Shown: positions 50,516 to 62,660 of the stretch, one piece after another
How positions within the stretch are numbered: position 1 is the first letter of the stretch
Layout: each line of letters opens with the position of its first letter
DNA from: Bacillota bacterium
GTDB taxonomy: Bacteria; Bacillota; DTU025
Reading direction: 5' to 3'
Assembly (NCBI GenBank): GCA_050951805.1
Contig: JBMNJT010000004.1
Span: 106,120 to 170,119 of the forward strand
DNA: 64,000 nucleotides
Translations under genes and position numbers: made by a program
Notes under the pieces: model-generated
The model's input: the letters and a program-made list of their open reading frames with translations, nothing else
Database searches by the model: none
Told to the model about the DNA's origin: nothing

Positions 50516-51220
50516 TCAGCCAGCGTTTCCGCTCATCAGCTCCTCGAGTTCCTCAGAGTCTTTGCAGGCATACACGGCCTTGTAATAGGCCACATCCGCC
50601 ATGCGGGCGCATTCTGCAAGGGTTATCTTTCGGCCGGCAGCCGCAAGTTCTCTGGCGGCTTCGAGTATCTTCTCTCTCGTCTGTTCTTTGGGCACTCTCT
50701 CATACTTCCCTCGCGGTTTCGACGGGGTCGCAGCGCGTCCCCCAGTTCCCGGACCCGCGGTGCCGATGGCTGAAACCTGTGAGGCAGGGAGGCTGGGTGT
50801 GGGAAATGATGTGACTGCCAATCCTTCCTGAGGTTCGATTCTCTTCAGAAGCTCGAGAAGAGCCCTGTCTGTTCTGCTGGCCAAGGCCGCAAGGTCGCGG
50901 CGGACTAAGTCGAGGGATGCCACAACGGTGGCCAGCTGCTCTCCGATTCGCCTTTCCAGACCTACGGGATCGGCAAGGGCAGGCGAAGTCCTTGCGCCCG
51001 ACAAGATGTCGAGTAGATTTGAGAATGCTGCTAGAGACTTCTTTCCAATCTCTTCGTAAGTGCCATTGTCCACATTAGAGACCTCCTCGTACGACGGTGT
51101 TTCTTCTCTACTGCGCTTGAGTGCCGCTTCTTGCACAATAGCGGCATAATAGCGCTGTTTCCCACGAGAGCGCAATTGGGTTGCACCTCCTGCCATATTA
51201 TTATTTCCAAACTCGTTCAT
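50516..51220 (-). CDS. Hypothetical protein with a possible C-terminal HTH (…KITLAECARMADVAYYKAV…)
   Basis: ORF only; no family recognised. Divergent from the HD-GYP gene. Confidence 0.35.
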   Translation of the reverse strand: MNEFGNNNMAGGATQLRSRGKQRYYAAIVQEAALKRSREETPSYEEVSNVDNGTYEEIGKKSLAAFSNLLDILSGARTSPALADPVGLERRIGEQLATVVASLDLVRRDLAALASRTDRALLELLKRIEPQEGLAVTSFPTPSLPASQVSAIGTAGPGTGGRAATPSKPRGKYERVPKEQTREKILEAARELAAAGRKITLAECARMADVAYYKAVYACKDSEELEELMSGNAG

Positions 51221-51378
51221 AATGTGTCATATGGATGGAAGATCGTCTGGATGACGCCTGCCCCGAACCGTGTTGGCTCGGGAAGGGTTGTCTCAAAGTG
51301 TTTATTGCGCCTACAATATACTAGCCGGGGAGAGTCGGCGCTATTCATCTTTATCTTCAGAAGACGGAGGGGTGAAGG

Positions 51379-53205
51379 GTGAAAGCGGAGATCAATCTGC
51401 CTTCGACAGCGGTGGTTTTGAGCCTTGATCCACGGCTCGAGGCTTCAATCCGGGTTGCTGTGTCATTGCGCAGAGAGCCCTTTCCTTCAGACGCGGATAT
51501 GAGAATCATAACTTGCAGTACTCGGGCAGGGGCTGCGGAAGCCTTGGCCCGATATGTGGGGCAGCCCGTTCTCTCCATTGTCCTTGTTGACGTGTCGCCT
51601 GGAGGCGGCTTTACCCTGGATGACGTTACCCTCATGGCGCGGCAGTTTCCTACGATTCCGGTGGTGGCTGTTGTGCCTCGCAACAAGGAGGACTTGGAGT
51701 ATGAGGCGCTTCGCGCCGGGGCGTGCGACTACTTGATAAAAGGGGTCATCACTCCGAGCATATTCGCGAGGATGACAAGGAGCGCAGAAAACTACTGGTC
51801 TGCAAAGAGCCTGGCCTTTGAGGGACTAGAAAAGGCCAAGACCTTGGCGCAAGCGATTCCCATAGCTCTGATGCTCGTTGATGATCGGGGTATCGTGATA
51901 GGTGGCTGGAACCCGGCGGCTGAAGAGGTGTTTGGCGTTGCGAGAAGGGACGCTCTCGGCAGACCGATGCCTGCGGTGAAATGGACTGGCAAGGAAGAGA
52001 CTGCAGCCATTCTGGCGAGGGCTGTTGCCGGCGACTCCATATCTGGAATCGAGGTCCAGTGTCGGCGCGCGGACGGGGAATTGATAGATGCAATTGCCTT
52101 CTTTACCGCGCTTTACGAGGGGGACGAGCTCAAGGGCATACTGGCTCTTTTTGAGGATATCACCCAACGAAAGCGGGCGGAGAACGCGCTGCGCGACAGC
52201 GAGGTGCGGTTCAGGGGAGTTTTCGAGGGAAGCCAGCTTGGGATGGCGATTGCGGACACAAATATGCGGATTATCCACGCAAACCCCGCTCTTGGGGAGC
52301 TGTTCGGATGTCTGCCGGAGGACTTGGCCGGGGTCATGGCAGAAGAACTGATCCACCCGGACGATGAAGCGGATATTGCGTCGCGTGTGAGCAGGCTTCT
52401 GCGGGACAGGATAAGCTTTTTTACAGCGGAGAGCCGGTATGTGAGGATGGACGGCACGGTCTTTGTAGGCAGGTTGCTTGCGACTCTGTTCAGCGTCAGC
52501 CTGGAAGGGCCGCACTATGTCCTTTTTGCTCTGGAGGACATTACATTGCGCAAGATAGCCCAAGATCAGCTCGAGGCCAGCCTGGTCAAGCTCGCGCAGA
52601 CTACGGAGGGAGCCATCCATGCAATGTCGCGGGTTGTGGAGATGCGCGACCCTTATACCGCGGGCCATCAGGAACGCGTGGCTTGCCTGGCACGGCACAT
52701 CGCAATGGAACTGGGATACCCCAAGGACGCCGTGGACGGGATTTACTTCGGCTCGCTGGTGCATGACATAGGCAAGATCGTGGTTCCGGGGGAGATACTG
52801 ACTAAACCGGGCAAACTGAGCCCAATTGAGTTTTCGTTGATCAAGGCCCACCCTGAAGAGGGTTTTAAGGTGGTCAATTCGATAGAATTTCCCTGGCCCA
52901 TTGCGGACATGGTCCTTCAGCATCACGAGAGGCTGGACGGGTCGGGTTATCCAGCCGGCCTAGCCGGGGACGCGATCTGCGAGGGGGCAAAGATAATTGC
53001 AGTTGCCGACGTGGTGGAGGCAATGTCGTCGCACAGGCCTTACAGGCCTTCTTTGGGAATGGATGCAGCATTGGACGAGATAGTGAGCAAAAGTGGTATA
53101 CTGTACGATCCTGAAGTGGTCCAGGCTTGCGTAAATGTAATCGCGGTCCATGGCGACCGCGCTCTCATGGGAACGGTTTCGGATTTGAATGGAGAAATGC
53201 CCTGA
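51379..53205 (+). CDS. Response-regulator-like (degenerate REC) - 2xPAS - HD-GYP c-di-GMP phosphodiesterase
   Basis: N-terminal REC-like fold, PAS blocks, C-terminal HD-GYP: HDIGKIVVP ... HHERLDGSGYP. Confidence 0.75.
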   Translation: MKAEINLPSTAVVLSLDPRLEASIRVAVSLRREPFPSDADMRIITCSTRAGAAEALARYVGQPVLSIVLVDVSPGGGFTLDDVTLMARQFPTIPVVAVVPRNKEDLEYEALRAGACDYLIKGVITPSIFARMTRSAENYWSAKSLAFEGLEKAKTLAQAIPIALMLVDDRGIVIGGWNPAAEEVFGVARRDALGRPMPAVKWTGKEETAAILARAVAGDSISGIEVQCRRADGELIDAIAFFTALYEGDELKGILALFEDITQRKRAENALRDSEVRFRGVFEGSQLGMAIADTNMRIIHANPALGELFGCLPEDLAGVMAEELIHPDDEADIASRVSRLLRDRISFFTAESRYVRMDGTVFVGRLLATLFSVSLEGPHYVLFALEDITLRKIAQDQLEASLVKLAQTTEGAIHAMSRVVEMRDPYTAGHQERVACLARHIAMELGYPKDAVDGIYFGSLVHDIGKIVVPGEILTKPGKLSPIEFSLIKAHPEEGFKVVNSIEFPWPIADMVLQHHERLDGSGYPAGLAGDAICEGAKIIAVADVVEAMSSHRPYRPSLGMDAALDEIVSKSGILYDPEVVQACVNVIAVHGDRALMGTVSDLNGEMP

Positions 53206-53230
53206 GCTGTCAGGGCATTTCTCATGCGAT

Positions 53231-55093
53231 CTATGCTAGCTTGAACCTGGCTGCAAGCTGCTGTAGCCTTGCTGCCATGTCGGCAAGGGAATGGGAAGCA
53301 GAGGACATCTGCTGCAGCGAAGCGGTGATTTGCTCCGTTGAGGCCGCCACTTCCTCTACTGAAGCCGCGTTTTCTTCGGATATGGCAGCTACGTTTTCGA
53401 TAGCTTTTTGCACTTGTTGTATGCTCGCTGCCATCTGCTGGGATGCCGCGGCGTTCTCGTCAGCCACTGCTACAACTTCTACAGTGGCCTCGTTCACATC
53501 GCTCGCTCCCTCCATCAAGCTGTTGCTAGATTCGACTACTGAATGCGCAAGCTCTAGGTTGTTCGCGGCGTGGTTGCTTATGTTATGCAAAACCTCTGTG
53601 GATTCGATTACCAGTGGAAGGCTCTCTTCTACGAGATCGTTTGTGCCTCTGATGGCCGATGCCACTTTGCCTACTTCTGCCAATGTTTGCTCGATCAGTC
53701 CCGAGATGACCTTCGTTTCATTTAGCGAGCCCTCTGCGAGTTTCCGCACTTCGTCCGCTACCACCGCAAAACCGCGGCCCTGTTCGCCGGCGCGCGCCGC
53801 TTCTATGGCGGCGTTGAGAGCCAGAAGATTGGTCTGATCCGCGATATCCTCTATTACCTGCACCACCTGGACCATCTGGCGCGAACTTGCCTCTAGGTCT
53901 GCCGCCGCCTGCTCCACTTCGTTTGACGAGTTCTTTATCCTTTCCATGCTGGCGGCTACTTGGGCGACTGACCGGTCTCCCTTTTCGGCCTCTTTTGCTG
54001 TGGCATTTATGGCTTCTTCCATTTTCATAACGAAGTCATTTACATGGTCGAGCTCTTGCCCCATTTGGGCTATGAGGCGGGATACGTTCTGCAATTGCTG
54101 CGTTTGCTGGCCCGCTCCATCGGCTATCTGCTCGATTGCTGCAGCCACCTGCTGCGCGCCTGCGGCGGTCTCGCCGGCATTGGCGCTCTGTTGCTCGGCC
54201 CCTGAGGCCATCTCCTGGATTGCCGCGGAAATCTGCTGGGCAGCGTGGGCCGATTCCTCTCCGGATGCGGAGAGCTCTTCGCTGGTGCTCGCAACCTGCT
54301 CAGCTTCGTTTTGCATTTCGCTCAGCAAATTGGTTAGGTTTTCAACCATTTTCCTGGTGGATGTGGCAAGGTCTGCTATTTCGTCGCCTGTGTTGAGGAT
54401 CGGCACTGAGACTGTGAGGTCTCCCTGGGCTACCGACTCCGCGGCGACCTGGATTGTCTTCACCGGTTTGGTGATGTTGCGGTTGAGGAGAATTGTCATG
54501 ATAACCGCTATTGCTATGTTGGCTATCATGCCGACTAAGGAGATTAGATCGTTTATTCTGCTCGCGGACTCTGCTTTGGCAATTGACTGTCTGTTCTGAT
54601 CCTGTATGAGCTGGATCCAATTATGGATTGTCTGGTCAAGTTCGTCTATGAGGAATACTTCTCTTTCTTCGATCAAAGCATAGGCCTCATCCATCATTTC
54701 GAATTCGACAAAGACGGAAATATCGTCTGCGAAGCTGTTGTAACGATTATTTATGTCGGTTAGGAGCTCCAACGCTCGCTGAGATTCCTTATCTTCGCAC
54801 AGCGGCTGCATTTCATCGAAGAGCTGTAGAACGTCGTCATCTATGGTGTAGAACTTGACGATGGTGGCCGGGTCGCCTGTCATTACGTAGCCGCGCAAGG
54901 CTATGCCTTTTTCCAAGATCTCGCTTCGAACTTTCCAAACTATCGTTTCTAGGGGAAGATTTTGCTCAACAAGGTTTGCGTAGTGCTTCGTCGTTACCCT
55001 GTCAGTGTAGATGTTCGCCATGCTCATGATTAGCATGACCAAGAGGACGATTATGTAGGAAAAGATGATCTTGCCTCGTATTTTGAACTTCAT
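53231..55093 (-). CDS. Methyl-accepting chemotaxis protein (4HB-type sensor, HAMP, MCP signalling domain), paralog 1
   Basis: Start at the ATG preceded by GGGAGG (minus strand). The TM-flanked sensor, HAMP and conserved MCP hairpin region are identical over about 460 aa to the next gene. Confidence 0.85.
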   Translation of the reverse strand: MKFKIRGKIIFSYIIVLLVMLIMSMANIYTDRVTTKHYANLVEQNLPLETIVWKVRSEILEKGIALRGYVMTGDPATIVKFYTIDDDVLQLFDEMQPLCEDKESQRALELLTDINNRYNSFADDISVFVEFEMMDEAYALIEEREVFLIDELDQTIHNWIQLIQDQNRQSIAKAESASRINDLISLVGMIANIAIAVIMTILLNRNITKPVKTIQVAAESVAQGDLTVSVPILNTGDEIADLATSTRKMVENLTNLLSEMQNEAEQVASTSEELSASGEESAHAAQQISAAIQEMASGAEQQSANAGETAAGAQQVAAAIEQIADGAGQQTQQLQNVSRLIAQMGQELDHVNDFVMKMEEAINATAKEAEKGDRSVAQVAASMERIKNSSNEVEQAAADLEASSRQMVQVVQVIEDIADQTNLLALNAAIEAARAGEQGRGFAVVADEVRKLAEGSLNETKVISGLIEQTLAEVGKVASAIRGTNDLVEESLPLVIESTEVLHNISNHAANNLELAHSVVESSNSLMEGASDVNEATVEVVAVADENAAASQQMAASIQQVQKAIENVAAISEENAASVEEVAASTEQITASLQQMSSASHSLADMAARLQQLAARFKLA

Positions 55094-55295
55094 AGCCTGG
55101 CCTCCCATTACTTCCTGCATATTAATTATATCGACAGGAATGAGGGAAATATTAGGGAGGAAGACGCTCATGAGAAGAATCCGGCTTTTTGTGTGGATTG
55201 GCATAGTCTCGGAGGCCCTTTAGCAGAACCGAGAGAAGTAGTCACAATAGGAAATGAGAAATGCCCTGAGCTGTCAGGGCATTTCTCGATTCGAT

Positions 55296-57158
55296 CTATG
55301 CAAGCTTGAACCTGGCTGCAAGCTGCTGTAGCCTTGCTGCCATGTCGGCAAGGGAATGGGAAGCGGAGGACATCTGCTGCAACGAAGCGGTGACTTGTTC
55401 TGTCGAGGCTGCTACCTCCTCTACTGAAGCCGCGTTTTCTTCGGATATGGCAGCTACGTTTTCGATGGCCTTCTGCATTTGCTGTATACTCGCTGCCATC
55501 TGCTGGGATGCCGCGGCGTTCTCGTCAGCCACTGCTACAACTTCTACAGTGGCCTCGTTCACATCGCTCGCTCCCTCCATCAAGCTGTTGCTAGATTCGA
55601 CTACTGAATGCGCAAGCTCTAGGTTGTTCGCGGCGTGGTTGCTTATGTTATGCAAAACCTCTGTGGATTCGATTACCAGTGGAAGGCTCTCTTCTACGAG
55701 ATCGTTTGTGCCTCTGATGGCCGATGCCACTTTGCCTACTTCTGCCAATGTTTGCTCGATCAGTCCCGAGATGACCTTCGTTTCATTTAGCGAGCCCTCT
55801 GCGAGTTTCCGCACTTCGTCCGCTACCACCGCAAAACCGCGGCCCTGTTCGCCGGCGCGCGCCGCTTCTATGGCGGCGTTGAGAGCCAGAAGATTGGTCT
55901 GATCCGCGATATCCTCTATTACCTGCACCACCTGGACCATCTGGCGCGAACTTGCCTCTAGGTCTGCCGCCGCCTGCTCCACTTCGTTTGACGAGTTCTT
56001 TATCCTTTCCATGCTGGCGGCTACTTGGGCGACTGACCGGTCTCCCTTTTCGGCCTCTTTTGCTGTGGCATTTATGGCTTCTTCCATTTTCATAACGAAG
56101 TCATTTACATGGTCGAGCTCTTGCCCCATTTGGGCTATGAGGCGGGATACGTTCTGCAATTGCTGCGTTTGCTGGCCCGCTCCATCGGCTATCTGCTCGA
56201 TTGCTGCAGCCACCTGCTGCGCGCCTGCGGCGGTCTCGCCGGCATTGGCGCTCTGTTGCTCGGCCCCTGAGGCCATCTCCTGGATTGCCGCGGAAATCTG
56301 CTGGGCAGCGTGGGCCGATTCCTCTCCGGATGCGGAGAGCTCTTCGCTGGTGCTCGCAACCTGCTCAGCTTCGTTTTGCATTTCGCTCAGCAAATTGGTT
56401 AGGTTTTCAACCATTTTCCTGGTGGATGTAGCAAGGTCGGCTATTTCGTCGCCTGTGTTGAGGATCGGCACTGAGACTGTGAGGTCTCCCTGGGCTACCG
56501 CGTCCGCGGCGACCTGGATTGTTTTCACCGGTTTAGTGATGTTGCGGTTGAGGAAAATTGTCATGATAACCGCTATCGCTATGTTGGCTATCATGCCGAC
56601 TAAGGAAAATAGATCCTTTGATTGGCCGGTTGCCTTGGCTGTGTTTACCCAATTGTCATTCAGGCCCTCAATGAACTCGACCCACTCAGCGATGACATCG
56701 TCAACTTGTCCGAGGATCAAAGCGCCTTCATCAGCCATCAATGCGGTTGCCTCTTCTGTCATCCCAAGCTGAACAAGGTGTGAGATGTCTTCGGCGAGCA
56801 AATCATAGCGGTCGTTAATTTCGGCCAATAGCTCCAACGACTGCAATGATTTGCCAGCCTGGCTCAGCATGCGGGCCTTATCCATGCTCTGCTCAACGTT
56901 CTCATCGAGCAGATGGAATCTTTCGATTTCTGCGGGATTGCCCGAGAGTATGTAACCGCGCAGGGCCAGCCCTTTTTCCAAAAGCTCGCTGCGAAGCCTG
57001 TATATTATGGTCTCTCCGGGCAAGCTCCGCTCGATCAGGTTCATATATTCGTTCGTTATCTTACGATCAGCTTGAATGCCGAGTATGCTTATGGCAGCCA
57101 TGACTAAAAGGACGACTGTGTACGACAGTACGATCTTCCCACCTATCTTGAGCTTCAT
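55296..57158 (-). CDS. Methyl-accepting chemotaxis protein, paralog 2 (different sensor domain, identical signalling module)
   Basis: Same as above; start preceded by GGAGGTAGG. The N-terminal 200 aa differ from paralog 1. Confidence 0.85.
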   Translation of the reverse strand: MKLKIGGKIVLSYTVVLLVMAAISILGIQADRKITNEYMNLIERSLPGETIIYRLRSELLEKGLALRGYILSGNPAEIERFHLLDENVEQSMDKARMLSQAGKSLQSLELLAEINDRYDLLAEDISHLVQLGMTEEATALMADEGALILGQVDDVIAEWVEFIEGLNDNWVNTAKATGQSKDLFSLVGMIANIAIAVIMTIFLNRNITKPVKTIQVAADAVAQGDLTVSVPILNTGDEIADLATSTRKMVENLTNLLSEMQNEAEQVASTSEELSASGEESAHAAQQISAAIQEMASGAEQQSANAGETAAGAQQVAAAIEQIADGAGQQTQQLQNVSRLIAQMGQELDHVNDFVMKMEEAINATAKEAEKGDRSVAQVAASMERIKNSSNEVEQAAADLEASSRQMVQVVQVIEDIADQTNLLALNAAIEAARAGEQGRGFAVVADEVRKLAEGSLNETKVISGLIEQTLAEVGKVASAIRGTNDLVEESLPLVIESTEVLHNISNHAANNLELAHSVVESSNSLMEGASDVNEATVEVVAVADENAAASQQMAASIQQMQKAIENVAAISEENAASVEEVAASTEQVTASLQQMSSASHSLADMAARLQQLAARFKLA

Positions 57159-57341
57159 TGGCCTACCTCCTGTTGCGTCATGCAATAATCTTATCGGCAA
57201 ACGCAAGCACCGATATTAGGTACGACATCAAAATTTTCGATATAATTTGATATAGACTGACACGGTTTATGCCGATATAGATAATGGGGCATTGGCATCG
57301 CTCATCTACCAAACCTGCGGTAAGGTGGGGAGGTACCAAAC

Positions 57342-59554
57342 GTGGGGAAGATTAATGTTTCAAGTCTGCGCAACCGTTTCGCGCTTGTTCTCATAATTGT
57401 CCTTTTGCCGTGGATTGTAGTGAATGTCAGAAACAATCTAGCTGAACAAGAGGAATTGATGAGGGATGCAGAAGAGCGAAGCCTGAAGCTTCTTGACTAT
57501 CTCGACGAAACAGAGCGTCTCAATCTGAGGAGCATCATGAGGATCATCGAAACCGCGCTGCTGGGCAGAGATGGGCAGGATGGGGGCCACGTTGACCTTA
57601 TGAAGGTTCAGATGCTTGTCGATGTATTTGGATGCGAATTGCCGGTAGCAATAACGGATTTTGGAGGCAATGTGTTGGCGTCCTCTTTTCCCTTGGACAA
57701 TGAAGAGCTTGTGCGTGAAAACCCGCAGGTTCGCGCCGCCGCCGATACAGGCAAGATCTCGTTCGGCAGCTTCCAAGGGATTCTCGGCCCTGATAAGTAT
57801 GGGGTCGTAGTGGCCTATCCCGTGATTGATCCGAGCTATGGCATCCGCTCAATCATAGTAGGTTTCGTAGATGAAGAAAGATTGGCCGATCCCATTGCGC
57901 GAGTCTCGAGCTACCGGCAGACGCTGTTTTCGAGGTGGCTGACCTGGACGGGAACGTGGTCGCGCGCTATTCTCGTGCAAAAGAGGATATGAGGCGTGGC
58001 GAAGCTATGGAACAAGCGATGCTTAAATCCGGGGCAGCGGAAATCAGCGAAAGAAGCCGCAGTGGGTTCATGAAGTTGGAGGATGGCTCAATGCAGCTCG
58101 TTGCAGAAAAGATAATAGTTGATCCCTGCGGCAGGCCAACGCTGCGCGTCGCCGTTACAACTCCGGCTGCCTCTTCTCTTTCTCGCATGAATGACCATAT
58201 CTTGCGCGACCTGAAAGCGCTTTTGGTGGTAGCTGCGATCATCACCCCTGTTCTGTGGGGCATATTCCGTGCAGAAGTAGTGGTGCCTGTAGAAAAATTG
58301 GCGAACTTAGCCAGTCGGCTAGCACAAGGAGAATTCGGAATCAGGCACGGCGAGCCTTACCGCCGTGGGGAACTTGGGCTTCTTGCGAGGACTCTTGACC
58401 AGATGTCAACAGCATTGGAGAGACGCGCAAATGAACTCATCTATCTCAGCCATCACGATTCGTTGACCGGTGCCTATAATCGAACCTACATCGAAAGCAT
58501 CGAAGAGGATTTGAACGCTGAGGACAAGCTTCCTACTACAGTGATTGTGGGCGACATAAACGGGCTAAAGAGGATAAACGATATTTACGGGCATTCAGTC
58601 GGCGATGAGGTTGTGATTGCGGCCGGGAACATCTTTCGCGAATATGTTGGAGAGAAGGGAATCGTAGCTAGGTGGGCAGGGGACGAGTTCATTGCCATTT
58701 TACCAAACACCGACTGGAAAGAGGGCCTGGCAGTGTGCAGGGAGATCAGTCATTCCTGCAGCCAGATGGAGCCTGATCCAGTAGCGCCCAACATAGCCTT
58801 GGGGGTTGCCACACGCGCCACACTCGAGCAGAGTTTGAGAGACACGTGGATTGCGGCTGAGGACCGGATGTACACAAACAAGCTTGCAGGATCAACATCT
58901 GGCAGAGGAAGGTTGCTCCATTCGCTGAGGCAAGCATTGGCTGAAAGCACACATGAGACGCAGCAGCATTCAAGCAGATTGCATTTTCTCGCCACTGAAC
59001 TGGGGAAAGTTATGGGGCTTTCTGCAGGTGCCCTCGATGATCTAGCGCTGCTCGCGGACTTCCACGACATAGGGAAGATCGGGATTCCAGATGCTATACT
59101 TCAGAAGCCCGGTCCGCTCACGCCTCCGGAGTGGGATATGATGATGGCGCACCCTGAGATAGGGGCGAGGATTGTTGGTGGATGCTACGAACTAGAGCAT
59201 ATCGCAGACGCCATCTTATCCCATCACGAAAGGTGGGATGGCACGGGATATCCTAATGGGCTTGCGGGGGATGAAATTCCTCTGATCTCGCGGATCCTTG
59301 CAATTGTTGATGCCTATGATGCCATGACCAGTGACCGTCCTTATCGTACAGCGATGAGCAGGGAAGAGGCGCTTGAGGAGATACAGAGGTGTTCGGGAAC
59401 GCAGTTCGACCCGAATTTAGTTGAGGTATTTGTGAAGATGATGGAAGAGATCGACTTGAAGGAGGAATACGAGAAGAACTGGTTTGAAGGAGACCCATAC
59501 TGGCTGTGCACAACGTTTGACGAGTCCAAGCTTATTGGCGACGGTGATTCTTGA
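57342..59554 (+). pseudogene. Sensor (periplasmic domain + TM) - GGDEF (AGDEF variant) - HD-GYP protein, interrupted by a frameshift near 57935-57990
   Basis: ORFs 57342..57992 and 57935..59554 together are colinear with the intact paralog at 60389..62605 (shared LSHHDSLTGAYNRTYIESIEE, FHDIGKIGIPD, HHERWDGTGYP). The GGDEF motif reads AGDEF. Confidence 0.6.
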
Positions 59555-59685
59555 TCAGATCCTATTGCTTTGCTGTGTTACCTTATCCGGCAGTGTGACG
59601 TCGGTTTGACGAATTGCTGTTCACGTGATATCATAGCTGAGCAAAAGACTTATGCGTTAAGTTAAGATTTGCCATATATGTTTGC

Positions 59686-59761
59686 GCTCCCATGGTCTAG
59701 TGGCCTAGGACATCGCCCTTTCAAGGCGGTAACACGGGTTCGAATCCCGTTGGGAGCGCCA
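59686..59761 (+). tRNA. tRNA-Glu (anticodon TTC)
   Basis: GCTCCCATGGTCTAGTGGCCTAGGACATCGCCCTTTCAAGGCGGTAACACGGGTTCGAATCCCGTTGGGAGCGCCA. Cloverleaf with 7-bp acceptor, anticodon loop CTTTCAA, GTTCGAATC T-loop and encoded CCA. Nearly identical to canonical bacterial tRNA-Glu. Confidence 0.9.
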
Positions 59762-60388
59762 TTATTATGCCCTTTTTTCATCTCTCCTTGGCCGTATGAG
59801 GAATGTCGGATCATCCTCGGGCTTCTCCTCTGCCTTTTCCCTGTGTTCAAGCGGGGCAACCTGCTACTGAGCCGTTGTGACGCCATATGACCCTCTTATC
59901 GGCAGATTCACTCAAACACTGTCAATTGTTGATTGCGGCGTGCACAGCACCGCCAGGGAGATTACGCTTCGTTCAACCTTGTTCTGGGACAGGCCGCTGA
60001 CTATAGGGAACGAGTCTGGTTGGCATCGGCGCTTTCATCGCAAAGAATATCTGCTCCATTCCGGCGTTTGCGCGTTTATGTGCACAAGAGCGATTCCGCC
60101 AGAAGATCTCATGTGACAGGAAGAGCTCGTGCACGGCATGTGCAGGTTTTGCTTCTGCGGGCAGAAACAGTCAACGAGGATATTTGATAGAGTTCGCAAG
60201 TGTAGTATAATAAGTTCTGGAAAGACACACATTTTTTATTTGACATCAGTGGGCAGAAGCTCTCCGAGGTTGGCTCAACGGATTGCCGATATGTGCCGAT
60301 ATATACAAATGGGCCCACAAATTGTACCGAATGCGTCGATTACCCTTCTTGAGCATGGCCAATGATCTGGAAGGAGAAGAAACCTGCT

Positions 60389-62605
60389 ATGAAGGTGAAT
60401 ACGTCGCGTCTGCAATGTAGGATGATGCTGTTGATCCTGTTGATGGCTGTGCCATTGCTTGCAGCCAGTGTCCAAAATGGCTTTTCCCAGAGGAAGGCAA
60501 TGGTTCAGCAGATAGAAATGCAAGGCCTTGATCTGCTAGGATATATGGAGTCAGCGATGAGCATGGGCCTGAAGCGGAACATCGAGACGATAGCGATGGT
60601 TGTGTTAGGGGAAGGGGAAGACTTCGATATCGAGGCCAAACAGCGAGCCATCGACAAGATCGTTGCTAAGACAGGAAACAGGTTGGACATAGCCATTATT
60701 GACGACCGAGGCAGGATTCTTGCTTCCTCCACAACTCAGTTCGACTCCGCATTACTCGCGGATAAGGAGCGCCTTCAGGAAGCGCTCCTTACAGGTCAGA
60801 TCTCCTTCGGTGTGCATAAGCCGGACCATGCAGGCGGCAGGCCGGGGGTGCTTTTGTTATATCCAGTCTTCGACGCCGATAATAGTGCTACTTTTGTTGT
60901 TGCAGCGCTTCTTTATGAAGAACTGCTTTTTTCTTCCCTGAGCAACGTTGATCTTCCCGCTGATGTAGCTTTCGAACTCGTCGACCTCAATTGGGATGTT
61001 GTAGCGCATCGCGAGACATCTGATAGGGCTTTAGGCCTTACTGCAAGCCCAGACCTGGGCGATGTCAGGCAGAAACTGGCATTCAGTGTAGATGGAGGCT
61101 TGAGCGAGGTTAGCAAATGGGAGGACGGGGTCAAGCGCCTAGCGGGCATCAAGACAGTTACAGACTATCGCGGGAATCCTGTTTTCTATGTTACCGCCAC
61201 TATGCCGATTGGGGCAGATCTGACCCGCGCGACGATTTTGTCCTTCTATCAAGTTGCGGTGATGCTTGGAGTATCGTTGATCGTTATTCCTGTAACATGG
61301 GGATTGATGAACAAGCAGTTTGTGGAACCAGTCAACAGACTGGTCGACTTGGCAGAAGATCTTGGAAGCGGCCACATGGATGCGAGGCACGGCGAACCCT
61401 ACGAGGCGGGCGAGGTTGGCGAGCTTGCGAAGGCTTTCGATGAGATGGCGGAGGCGCTTAAGGAACGCAGTGAGGAGCTGGAGTATCTCAGTTTCCACGA
61501 CAGTTTGACCGGAGCCTATAACCGCACTTACATCGAAAGCATCAGCGAGGAATTGGCTTGTGAGGAGAACCTTCCGACAACGATAATATTGGGCGATATC
61601 AATGGCCTGAAGATGGTGAACGATACCTATGGCCATCAGGCCGGAAACGAGCTAATAGTGAGGGCTGGCGCCATCATCCAGCAGTGCGTCGGGGATAGCG
61701 GCGTTGTTGCCAGATGGGGCGGTGACGAATTCATAATAGTCTTGCCCAACGCGCCCATGCGAAGCGGCCTCTTGCTGTGTAACAGGATACGTTCGGCTTG
61801 CGAGTCGTCCGGCCATTATCCGGCGGCGCCAAGCATAGCTTTGGGTGTTGCCACCCGGATGGCTGCCGAACAGTCGATAATGGACACGCTTGTGAGCGCC
61901 GAAAGCCGTATGTACAGGAATAAATTCCTCGACACGTCATCAGCCAGGGGCACTCTGCTTTACTCGCTCCGAAGGGCTCTCGCGGAAAGCACCCATGAGA
62001 CGGAAGAGCACTCCAGCAGAATGTGCTTTCTCGCTCTGGAGTTGGGCAGTATGATTGGCCTGTCATCCAATACCTTGGACGACCTGGCTATCCTCGCGAG
62101 TTTCCACGACATAGGGAAGATCGGGATACCCGACAGTATCTTGCAGAAGCCCGGGCCTCTCACTGATGAAGAATGGAAGGTGATGAAGGCTCATCCAGAG
62201 ATAGGCGCCAGGATTGTGGGGGGATCATACGAGCTTTCGCATATTTCGGAATCCATTCTCTCCCATCACGAGAGGTGGGATGGGGAGGGGTACCCTGAGG
62301 GGGTTGGCGGAGACGAGATACCGCTTATCTCCCGAATCCTCGCGATTGTCGATGCGTATGACGCGATGACCAGTGATCGGACATACAGAAAAGCCATGTC
62401 GAGGGAGGAAGCTTTGGCCGAGATAGCGCGTTGCTCCGGAACTCAGTTCGATCCCGACTTGGTGGAGATGTTCCTCACTATGATGGAGGAGATGGCCAGG
62501 TCGGAGGAGGACGAGATGGACTGGTTGACTGCGGGGATGCAGTGGTACGAAGGTTTGGGCGACTGTGATTCCGGCGTGCCCAAGATGCCCGAAGATGAAG
62601 CGTAG
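60389..62605 (+). CDS. Sensor (periplasmic Cache-like domain, TM, HAMP-like) - GGDEF diguanylate cyclase - HD-GYP phosphodiesterase, intact paralog
   Basis: AAGGAG RBS before ATG 60389. Signal/TM LLILLMAVPLLAA, GGDEF motif RWGGDEFIIVLPN, HD-GYP FHDIGKIGIPD ... HHERWDGEGYP. Confidence 0.8.
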   Translation: MKVNTSRLQCRMMLLILLMAVPLLAASVQNGFSQRKAMVQQIEMQGLDLLGYMESAMSMGLKRNIETIAMVVLGEGEDFDIEAKQRAIDKIVAKTGNRLDIAIIDDRGRILASSTTQFDSALLADKERLQEALLTGQISFGVHKPDHAGGRPGVLLLYPVFDADNSATFVVAALLYEELLFSSLSNVDLPADVAFELVDLNWDVVAHRETSDRALGLTASPDLGDVRQKLAFSVDGGLSEVSKWEDGVKRLAGIKTVTDYRGNPVFYVTATMPIGADLTRATILSFYQVAVMLGVSLIVIPVTWGLMNKQFVEPVNRLVDLAEDLGSGHMDARHGEPYEAGEVGELAKAFDEMAEALKERSEELEYLSFHDSLTGAYNRTYIESISEELACEENLPTTIILGDINGLKMVNDTYGHQAGNELIVRAGAIIQQCVGDSGVVARWGGDEFIIVLPNAPMRSGLLLCNRIRSACESSGHYPAAPSIALGVATRMAAEQSIMDTLVSAESRMYRNKFLDTSSARGTLLYSLRRALAESTHETEEHSSRMCFLALELGSMIGLSSNTLDDLAILASFHDIGKIGIPDSILQKPGPLTDEEWKVMKAHPEIGARIVGGSYELSHISESILSHHERWDGEGYPEGVGGDEIPLISRILAIVDAYDAMTSDRTYRKAMSREEALAEIARCSGTQFDPDLVEMFLTMMEEMARSEEDEMDWLTAGMQWYEGLGDCDSGVPKMPEDEA

Positions 62606-62660
62606 TGGGCATCGCGGCGTCCGGGCCATGGGCCCGGACTTGCCTTTTCAGCCCGGTGTG

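Noticed and set aside
53127-56772. Plus-strand ORFs (53127..53837, 53946..54599, 55306..55902, 56011..56772) with Ala/Ser-rich translations
   Set aside because: They are antisense to the two MCP genes. The low-complexity Ala-rich translation is the usual shadow of the Ala/Glu/Gln-rich MCP signalling domain on the opposite strand.
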